From Basidiobolus meristosporus CBS 931.73 (taxonomy: Eukaryota; Fungi; Basidiobolomycota), in the NCBI GenBank assembly GCA_002104905.1, contig MCFE01000728.1, positions 1 through 41,760 of the forward strand: a stretch of 41,760 nucleotides of DNA, in the 5' to 3' direction. Made by a program: the position numbers and the translations under genes. The notes under the pieces are model-generated. The model had not been told where the DNA came from. It worked only from the letters and a program-made list of their open reading frames with translations, and searched no databases. Below are positions 31,712-41,760 of the stretch, one piece after another. Position 1 is the stretch's first letter. Each line of letters starts with the position of its first letter.

Positions 31712-34700
31712 TGTTATGATTTACCGCTTGAATGTTTAAATGAGATCAGTTTTTAGTCAAATCACTTGGTTATATGTTTAGCCTATCAGTATACCTGTCA
31801 TCTATCAAATCAGTGGCATCAGTAAGTAAAGGAATCAGCAGATCCTTATCAGACAGGAATGGATATATTAAGTAGGATCTTATTAGGTGAAGAGAAAGCA
31901 ACCAAATGAGTCATCAGCCACAATCTACATTGGGAAATACAATTAGTCAGCAATTGATCTGGCAAAGTGCATATCAGGAGCTGCTGGAACCTCAATAAAA
32001 TTCAGCTGAAGTTTTAGGGTATACAATGCTAGTTAAACTCCCTACTCCTCTACAACTCTAATACCAAGACTTGTAACATTAGTAGCAGCAATAACCAGAA
32101 ACCTCCCTCAAAATGTCCAAAAATCAAGAATTGAAGAGTGCTATGCAGCAAATCCTGGCCCAACCACTAGAGTTACTTCAGATCCTTAGCCAGCAGCAAC
32201 AAGAAATGACTTCCACAGCCCAAAGCCAGCAAAACCCGGTCAAGAGCAAGTTAGTGTGAAGGTCAACTGGTACCATGGTAGAGTTAATAAAAGCCTGGGA
32301 ACTGGGCTCTTCCAGATTGAAGAAGCTTTCAAGACTCAGGGAATTGCTCCAGAAAGCAAGTTACTTTACGCAGCCTCCTACCTGGTAGATGCAGCTTTAT
32401 AGTGGTACCATAACAAGATCAGGTCAGCCACCATGATGGGATGCTCAACAATCTCTACCTGGGATGAGTTTGTGTTGTAAATTCAGTATGCTTTTGAACC
32501 TCCACACCAGCAGACATTGCTAACAAGAAAGTTGAAGACACTCAGACAGAAAGGAATGGCTCAAGAGCACATCTATGAACATAGATGTCTGCTTGGACAA
32601 ATTGGAAGAATGGACCCCCGGGATCTAGTGGAATACTTGATTGTTGGGTTGAAAGAAAGAACTTGCAAGGAAGTGAATTCTTAAAGACCCCAGGCTATTG
32701 AAGAAGCCATCAAGATTGCCATTGACTATGAAGCAGCTATGCTTGGAGCTAGGAAGCCCACATTGACTAATCAAAGAGGCTACAATCATTATGAAAGAAG
32801 ACAATCAGAAGCAGTGCCAACAGAAATAGACCCTATGCAGCCTTCAACCATATGGAAGCCCTTGAGCATAGTAACATGGAGGATGAACTTGAGGAAGACT
32901 CAGAACTCAGCTTCCATAAGACAGAAGAATGCCTAACCCAGTTGACCTCAAACTCAGGGAAGCTATTATATATGAATGGAGTAATCAATGGAGTACCTGC
33001 CATGAGCATGATTGACTTGGGATCATTGCATGAGTACATGTCAGAGCAATTTGCTCTGAAAGCTGGAATCAACTCTAAACCCACCAAATAAACTTCAGTC
33101 TCAACAGCTGATGGGAACTCTCACATAATTAACCATATTACTCAGCAAGTCAGGATGAGGATCAATGACTATGAAGAAGACCTGCGGGCCTATAAATCTG
33201 GGAACTGAAAGTTTGACCCAGTACCTAGAAAATCCTGGCTATTGTGTTGTAATCCATTAATCAACTGGTGAACCTATGCTACTCAGATCCAGAAGGACAA
33301 CAAGTCCTATGAGCTATTACCTGCCAGACTGGATTTTGACTTGGTCAATTCCAGTGTGTGTGAAACAAGTGAACTTAGTAAGACATAGTTCTGTAGAGCA
33401 CTTAGAAATGGCACCCAGATGTACCTTATGGCAGTATTACTGGAGGATTCCTCTAGCCCAGTACCCCATAAGGTCCAGACTCTTTTGAAGAAATATTCAG
33501 ACATATTTCCAGATGAACTTGTAAGTCTACCACTAGTCAGAGATGTGGATTATGCCATTGACATAGGAGATAGCCCTCCAGTGTGTAAGATACCTTACAG
33601 AATGAGTCCATTGGGATTGGAAGAGATGAAGTGACTGCTGAAATAATTAGGAGTCCACCTAATTATTAATATATTATGAACTAGCACCTAGTGAAATGAT
33701 ATATTTGAGATTATCAACATGGAATTTAGTTTGTATGATATTCACTCATTATTAGGTATTAGAGAAGTACAGAATTTTAGGAAAATCTGAAACTTTTCCA
33801 AATGAGCTGAAACTTGGCACATGTACTCCTGAGACTCCCCTAATAATGACCAAATAGTCACATTTACGTAGTTCTGCAATAAGTATAAATGCTGTGTTGC
33901 AACTCAATAAAACATCATGTAAATATCATGTAAATCTTCTAATTCTCCAATTCACTCCCAATATATCTCTATAATATTTCAACAGAGACAAATAGATCAG
34001 TTATTGGAGCAAGGATATATCAGACCCAGCAAGTCAGCTTGGGGAGCACCAGTACTTTATGTGAAGAAGAAGGATGAAACACTTAGGATGTGCATTGATA
34101 ACAGAGCCCTCAACTCAGTTAATGTGAAGAATAAGTACCCCATACCTTGGACTGATGAGCTTTTGGACCAATCAATGGAGCCACTTTATTCAGCAAGATT
34201 GACCTCATGTCAGGAAACAACCAGACTAGGGTGAAGCCAGAAGACATCCCTAAGATAGCATTCAGGACTAAATATGGACATTACAAGTACTTAGTCATGA
34301 GTTTGGGCCTCACCAATGCTCCTGCAACATTCATGACCTTGATTCAGACTTTCTTCCAGGAGTACTTAGACAAGTGTGTGATAATCTACCTAGATGATAT
34401 ATTCATATACAGCAAGACAGAAGAGGATCACATGGTGCACATTGAAAAGATCTTGAAGAAGCTAACAGAGAACAAACTATATAGCAAGCTAGCCAAGTGT
34501 GAATTCTTCAAGGAACACATTGAATATCTAGGACACATAGTGACTAGCACAGGAGTAACCTTACACCCCTAGAAGGTTGAAGTTATCAAGAATCTGAAAC
34601 AGCTCCGCAGCATATTGAAACTCAGATCATTCCTTGGAATGGTTTCCTATTATTGGAGATTTGTCAAGTCCTTTACAAGTATTGCAGCCCCTTAACTGAT

Positions 34701-36759
34701 ATCCTCATGAAAGACAATTCCTACAAGCATTGCATGTGAGACTGTCTTTCAGATGCTCAAGAATGAACTTGCTAAGCTGCCAAGCTGAAGAATACCTAAC
34801 TTCAGAAAAGAGTTCACTCTGTGCTCAGATGCTTCAGATTATGCAATTGGTGGAGTGTTGAGCCAACAACGCATGGGAAAGAACTACCCAGTTTCCTTTG
34901 AACCTAAGAAATTGAACTCAGCAGAACAAAACTATCCAGTGCATGAGAAGGAGATGCTTGCTACAATACATTGCTTGAAGACATGGAGATGCTAAATTGA
35001 AGGAGTCAAATGCACCATGAAGACTGATCATGCCTCCCTCAAGTATATTTTCACTTAGAAGGCACTCTGTAGAAGAATGACAAGATGTAATGTATACATT
35101 TAGCAATTTGGTTTGGAGATTGTCTACTGCCCTGGGAAAAATAACACAGTTTTGGATGCCATATCATGATCAGAACAATTTGCACAACTCAACTTGGTGC
35201 ATGAATTGGATTGGCCTAGCCTATTACCAAAGTACTTGGAGGACCAAGCCATTCCTAAGGAGGTGGATGAAGTGATCAAGATGATAATCTGGGATGAAGC
35301 CCGCAAATTTGTGATACAGCTTGAAACACTCTACCAAATTGCTGATGGAAGCCCTATTGCCTATTGCCTCTATATTGCTTGCCTGGATTCAATACATAAG
35401 CTGCACAATCAATATGGACATTTTGGAATTGAAGGAACCTACAGCCTTGTGAAAACCTGAGCATGGTGGCCCAGAATGAAACAAGACATTGAGAAGCTAG
35501 TGAAAACATGCCCAAATTGCCAAATCAACCAAGGCCCACCACAGAGGATTGCTGAACTCTTTCCCATGGAGCCTGTAAGACCAGTTGAAAGATGGGGAAT
35601 TGACTTTATTGGAAGACTGCCAACTACAAGGAAATGCAACTGCTGGATCCCTATGAAGTTTGGATGCCCTGTACAGATTCTATCCAATAGAGGAGCCAAC
35701 TTTATAACAAAGACATTAGAAGCTTACCTGGAAATGCAGCACACCAGACACTTGAAAACCTTGGCATATCACCCTAGAGCTAATGGAGTTACTGAGCATT
35801 TAAATGGGCTATTTGCAAAAATGCTGACCAAGCATGCAAATGGAGCTGTCAATAGATGGGATGAGTATATAGACCAAGCTCTCTTTGCATGCAGAGTTAG
35901 AGTACACAACATCACCCAAAAATTGCCATTTTGCTTAGTGTATGGATGTGAACCAAGGATTCCAGGAGATCTCACACAACCAAAGCTTACAGACACCTTA
36001 GAAGATGAACTCAGTCAGACAAGTAGACACCAGCAGCTGGAACATATATTTCAAGAGGCTCAGACTAAAGTATCTCAGAGTGCAGAAAAGATGAAGCAGA
36101 GATTTGATAAGACTATATCACCACAAAGATTAACAGTTGGAAACTGTGTATTGCTGAGATACAATTCTTGGGAGAAGTTTGAACCACAATATATGGGACC
36201 TTTAAAAATCATCAGAGAATGTGCATTTGCAACTTACCAGCTAGTGGACAAACCAGGGAATATTTGGGAATACTCAGTTCATAGAGACAGACTCAAGATT
36301 GCAAGACTTGCCAACAATACTGAACCACTAAGATACTGGTATCACAAGAAAAGTGATTCAGGAGAACCCTTTCAACTTTAGTAGGGGAGAATTTTATGAT
36401 TTACCGCTTGAATGTTTAAATTAGATCAGTTTTTAGTCAAATCAATTAGTTTTATGTTTAGCCTATCAGTATACCAGTGTTATCTACCAAATCAGTATTA
36501 TTAGTCAGCAAATGAATCAGCAGATCCTTATCAGACAGGAATGGATATATTAAGTAGGATCTTATAAGGTGATGATGATGCAATCAAATGAGTCATCAGC
36601 CACAACCTACATTAGGAAATTAAATTAGTCAGCAATTGATCTGGAAAATATATGTTAGGAGCTGCGGGAACCTCAATAAAAATCAGTTCAAGTTTTGGTG
36701 AATACAATACTAGCTAAACTCCCTATTCCTCAACAACTCTTATATCAAGACTTGTAGCA
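31712..36759 (+). mobile_element. Two-LTR Gypsy family C element (C1), heavily mutated
   Basis: LTRs 31712-32078 and 36392-36759 (roughly 85-90% identical by eye); 4-bp TSD CATG (31708-31711, 36760-36763); PBS at 32080-32089; PPT AGTAGGGGAGAA; YLDD, SDASDYAIG, and IN remnants. Confidence 0.93.
33636..33984 (+). repeat. Solo LTR, family D (349 bp), nested in C1 pol
   Basis: TGCTGAAATA...TATTTCAACA; TSD GTGAC/GAGAC; removal restores [12 protein letters not shown]; 10-bp hairpin at 33642-33667. Confidence 0.9.
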
Positions 36760-38329
36760 CATGCTTCCCTGTCTCTGGCTTAGGTAGAATTTTTTCCCTT
36801 GGCCTTTTCCTTTCTCACTACAAGATCTTTCACTACTACTTTGTCTCAGTGCTTCTACTATTGAACAGCATTTTCTCCTTGATATATGCACTCTGATGTG
36901 TCTGTTTTGGCCTGGTTGTCCCTTGCTGTCACTCTGATGGCAGCCTGATGCTTCTTTCCCACTTGTTTCAGGCTTGCAGCCAAAGCTGAGATGGACCCCT
37001 GAGATAGCTGCTGTTTTATCACTGCCAGGTGCGTCACTGCTACTCTGACTGAGTGCTTCTTGAGTAAAAACTATGCTTTCTCCTTGATAAATGCTGCTGT
37101 GACGCATCTTTGTTTGCCTGCTTTTCCCTTATTGGCACTCTTTCAGCCATCTGATGTCTCTTTGACACTTGTTTGGAGCTTTTGGTCCTGCTTGTGATGG
37201 GCTCTTGGGGAAGCTGCTGGTTTTTAGCCATGGCACCCTTGTTCTACTGCCTTGGATAGTTTCTCCTATTTTTGAGATACTCTATAAGCATACCAATGCA
37301 GGTCCAAAATCTCTTTGCTTGTTTGAACCCATGTTTATGCACATGAAACAAGTCTAGCACTTTCTGCTTGGCCTTGAGGTCTCAATGGTGTCATGGTAGG
37401 CTGGCCTTAAGGTTTTAACATGCTAGACTTCTAAAAACCTCTTGAATATTTTCCACTCTTCATCATTGCAGTCAATGACTTCACAGATCTTCATTGTCAT
37501 TTGATTTTTAGGCTTTGGTATAAGCACTACATTTCCACCCTCCCATGCCATGATAGGTTTTTCTGTGGATTTTACCTTTGGGCACTGTCGCTGTGCTTCA
37601 AGGACTGTATGCGGCTCATTGGCTGTTTCATTAGGAAATGGCTTAATTTTTAGCTGTAACATTGAGCTACTTAAGTTCCTTCTTTGAAGCAACAATACAG
37701 CTTTCTTTACCTGGGATATTGATTGCTCTACACATATTATTCACTTATCCTGTTTCTGGACTATTTCCTGATCTCTCTTGGTCATTGCATCTATTCTATG
37801 AGCCACTGCACCTAGTTGCCACATTAATGCTTTAATATGAGCTGACAACCTGCTAACATGATTGGTGATGATGTTATGATGGTCACTTGCTGGCCTTCAA
37901 CTGAAGGTACTGCTTTTGCTATTTTCTCATCTGCTTAAGCATAATGATCAGCCTGTAATAGCAAAGAACCTAATTTCAGTGAGCAAAGCAGCAACTCAGG
38001 GACTGAAATTAATTTGAACTAAGTTCAACTGCTCAAATCTGAGTGAAAATGGACAGAAACTAGCCTTGGGAATCAATAATCTCAAAACATACAAGCTACA
38101 ATGCAAATTACTGTACCTGAGTATGTTAACATTGCTGAAACTGATAAAACTGGCTGAAAGACATGTCATAGGAGGCTAGGACACATTGGAGAGCAGCAAA
38201 GAGGCTAATTGATGAAAATTCAGCATGTTTTGGGCCTCAAATACCCAGTTCCAGTCAAATTGAGTACCTATGACAGATGCTCACATGGCCAATAAGCTAG
38301 GCAATGTCTTTAGAGCTCAGGAGGCATTT

Positions 38330-38625
38330 GTGCACTCAAAATACTGGCTATTGTGCACTCAGACATATGGGTGACCATGAGAATACTGTCATTGGTAGTT
38401 GAGAGACATTTTATGGCACTTATTGATGACAAGACAAGATATGCATTGGTGTACTTCCTAAAGACAAAGTATGAGGATTTAGAGATATTCAGGCACTTCA
38501 AGAACATAGTGGAAGCACCAACTGGGTGTATATCAAAGGTGTTACAAAGCTGCAATGGAGGATAATACTGCCCTTAGGAATTTCCAAATACTTTTCAACT
38601 AGTAATATGCTTCAGCGCACCACGA
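38330..38625 (+). pseudogene. Copia integrase core fragment
   Basis: VHSDIW...FMALIDDKTRYALVYFLKTK...KVLQSCNGG. Confidence 0.85.
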
Positions 38626-39697
38626 TGTGGTGGTGTATAAGTCCAAGGGAGAGATACGTCCAACACTTCTCAAGTGTTTTGTGTGTGGGGTGTTCACTGG
38701 GTGCAATAACCTCTGGCAAAAGCTTGCTAGGAATACTTGGGTTCTGTCTCTAATCTAATGTGAAGGGGAATAAAGCCACAAGCTTGTCAAGGGAAAACTA
38801 TTGAGCTACAATCCCCAACTTAGTTGGCGTCTTAACAAAAGTATGTGCTGGGTTCAGCGTCCTTTGAGATGACAATGTACTAAAGCTTCCAAAGTCAAAA
38901 CAACTGTAAACTCCACCAGCAGGGACTTGATAAGAATGCAGCTTTGGTCAATAGTTACAAAGACAGAAAAGTATCTTTGCCTGTACAAGAACAAACTTGG
39001 GAAAGAATCAAATATAATAAAAGATACCTACTCTGAGTATTCCTCACAAGTAGTGCCTCCAAGGTCAGTTGGCTGTCAGCGCGGTTTCCTGGGAGTGTCC
39101 TGTGGTCTAGGGTTGGAAGTTCAGGTAGCAGCAGGTAGCAGTGATCACACTAATCAACAAGTCGGTATATTGATAAAAGGGATGATGATTTATTGTTGAG
39201 GGATAGCCTCCCTTATATTCTTTTCTTCACTGGCTAAGTGATTACTAATCATGGTGTTCTAGAAGGTTCCGGAGTTCAATAGAAATCTTAATGACATCAG
39301 AATGACCTAAGAATGTTCTAAGTAGGTGCCGGAAGGTTCTAAGAGGCACAGCACATCCAACCAATCAGGAATCAGTATTCTGAAACCTGTGTAACATGGG
39401 GATACCATATATGGTATGGGAATGGTAGGGATGGTGTCACGGGTTGATCATGTGTCACGGGTACTGGCGCGGGTACTTGCATAATATAGAAGCACTTGTA
39501 ACTAGTAATCTTACATAAAGTGAGGGGTAACTTATGCAATAAGGTAAGCAGGTGTGATAGTCAACCGGCTTATGGGATAGTACTGATTGGGTAAGACAAA
39601 TGGGATAAAACTAAAATGAGTGTAGTAGGGATATAGGGAAGTAGAAAATAAGGGAATGAGCACATCTGTCAGTGGGTGTCACTGTCACCCCACTACA
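38626..39697 (-). repeat. 3' LTR of a Gypsy family B element (B3, 1072 bp)
   Basis: TG...CA; preceded in sense orientation by PPT GAGAGGGGGGTGGA (39711-39698) and by pol. Confidence 0.93.
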
Positions 39698-39736
39698 TCC
39701 ACCCCCCTCTCAGCTTTGAACTTGGGTCAAAGCAAA

Positions 39737-41760
39737 CTAATCTTGATGTGCGAAATTCCTATGCTTGAATAACTTAAGTCGATTTCCAGCAACTGGTGCT
39801 CTCAACTGGGTGTTGTCAAGCTCAGATATGTAATAACTTCCATTTCCAATCACTTTGGAAATGAGGTAGGGGCCAGTCCATTTGTTGTCAAACTTCCGAC
39901 TCCATTGCTTGTCCAAGGTAGAATCGTAGAGTAATACTGGGTCTCCTAGTGATAGTGGTTTAGGCCTTGTTGGGTGTGATTTGTCAAAGGGCACCTTGTT
40001 CTTTAGTCGTGTATCCTTAAGTTGTTCAGCAGCTCTGCTGATATTCAAGTCATGGTGATCAAGTTGCTGTATGCAAGTTGCAAGGAGGTCTTCAGTCTGC
40101 ATATTGGATCTCCAATTCAATGAGTTCCAAGTGACTGTGTTTAACTCAACCGGTAGTATGCAGTCATGTCCATAGAGTAGCTTGAATGGCGATAATCCAG
40201 TTGTCCTCTTAGTAGTAATTCTATCTGCCCACAGTGCAAGATGTAATTGCTGTGGCCACAGTGTTGTGTTATTCTCACAGGCCTTGACAAGAGAGTTCAC
40301 CAATGGTCCATGTCCTCTCTCTATCATTCCATTGGCTTGAGGGTGGTAAGCTGTTGTGAAAGCTATGTGTATCTTGTACTTTGAGCACAACTCCTGGATC
40401 ATTTGGGATGTCATCTCTCCTCTGTCAGCAACAAACTGTCGGATGCAGCCAAATCTGCAGATGATGTCTTCAAGTATAAATCTCCATATGGTATGGCTCT
40501 TGTTGTTGGGCAAGGCTCGAGCCTCTGCCCATCCACTAAGGTCATCTCTAGCAACAATCAGGTACTTTTTTGATCCAGCTGTTGGCATGTGGACAAGGTC
40601 AATACCAACCTTTTGCCATAGACAGATTGTGTAAGTAGGATGCAGTGGTTCTTCATAACGCTTGGAGGATCTCTTCTGGCAGGCTACACATGACTCAACA
40701 AAGTGCTGGACATCATAGTACATGTTTTCCCAGTAGTACCTCTGAGCTGTGGTATTGTATGTGGCTTCTCGTCCTCTATGTCCTCCTGGTTCTCCTTGGT
40801 GGATACTTGTCATGATGTTCAGTTGCTCTTGAGGGGTGGTGACTACTCTTCTTGGCATAAGTCCAGGCTTCACTCGCTTAAAGAGAAGATCATCTTTAAG
40901 ATAGTAGTGGTGTGCCTTCTTCCTGAGTTTTCTAAACTCCTGAATATCCATCCAACTAGGTTTCTTAAGTGTCCTTAGATATTCCTTGATCAGACTCCAG
41001 GTAGTTCTCTCTTGGTCTTTGATGGCAATCTGTCGGATCTCTGCATCAATAATATCGTCAAAGTGAGGGTCCAAGTCTTCAAATAATTGTGGTCCCTTCC
41101 TGGAGAGTGCATCAGCCACAACATTTGTCTTGCCAGGGATATGTTTGACCTCAAAGTCAAACATTTTCAGCCATGCCATCCATCGGTTTGTGGCATCATC
41201 AGGTAGGTCAGGCTTGTTGATCATTCCTATAAGTGGCTTGGCATCTGTCTCCAGGATAAAATGTGTCATGTAGAGTTGTGACTTCAGTTTCCTCAGCATC
41301 TTCACAACTCCTAGTAGTTCTCTCTTAATCTGTGAGTATCTTTGTTCTCTAGGAGAGAATAGGCAGCTCTCATATCTGCAGGCATAGCGGTTGCCATCTT
41401 CATCATCTTGTCCAAGTAGTGCTCCAGCTCCTATGGGGCTTGCATCCACTGTCAAAATAGGTGGGCATTCAGTGTTTTGATAGTCAAGAGGTCTTAGAAC
41501 TGGTGGAGATACTAAGGCCTCTTTCAGTAGTTGCATGGCTTCTTCTTGCTCTTCTCCCCAGATAAATGGGGTATTCTTTCTCTGTAGTCGGTAGATTGGT
41601 TCTGCTATCTCAGAAAATCTTGGGATCCAGATCCTAAAGAACCCACAAGCTGCCACAAAGCACGAGCTTGTGTTAGATTTGTGGGGGTAGGCCAGTTGCA
41701 TATCTTTTGTGTCTTGGAGTCTCCAGGTGAGCGACCAAAGGTGTGCATTTTGTCCAACAA
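39737..41760 (-). pseudogene. pol: Family B pol (RT end, RNase H, integrase), continuing beyond the window
   Basis: 654-aa open frame with TVDAS, ETDAK, H..GGH..CVAC, GIDL, ADRG, NGMIER, WTGPY; no chromodomain; apparent 1-nt frameshift near 41655 (LTQARA / FVAACG). Confidence 0.9.

Overview
Eukaryotic, probably fungal, transposon-dense DNA (inferred from the chromovirus with a Tf1-type primer structure and the pervasive CpG decay). I found no convincing host gene, RNA gene or CRISPR array. The window is a nest of elements. (A) A near-complete Ty3/Gypsy chromovirus at 3148-9046 with a TATCC TSD, an 11-nt self-priming signature and a GGGAAAC -1 frameshift. (B) A Gypsy family with ~1.07-kb LTRs, present four times, whose 4-bp target sites all reconstruct to ACGN. 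(C) Two decayed copies of a third Gypsy family. Also several Copia relics and solo LTRs, and an unclassified ~0.9-kb repeat (F). The best candidate for an undescribed system is an apparently intact 3.7-kb PIF/Harbinger-ISL2EU (PHIS)-type DNA transposon at 12244-15932. It has AGAC-starting TIRs, an ATT TSD, a transposase ORF with zero CpG, and a divergent, CpG-dense partner ORF with possible Myb/MADF-like and SAP-like motifs. Related pieces are a duplicated left end, a decayed second copy and a ~0.66-kb foldback derivative. All alignments and counts were done by eye; no database searches were run.
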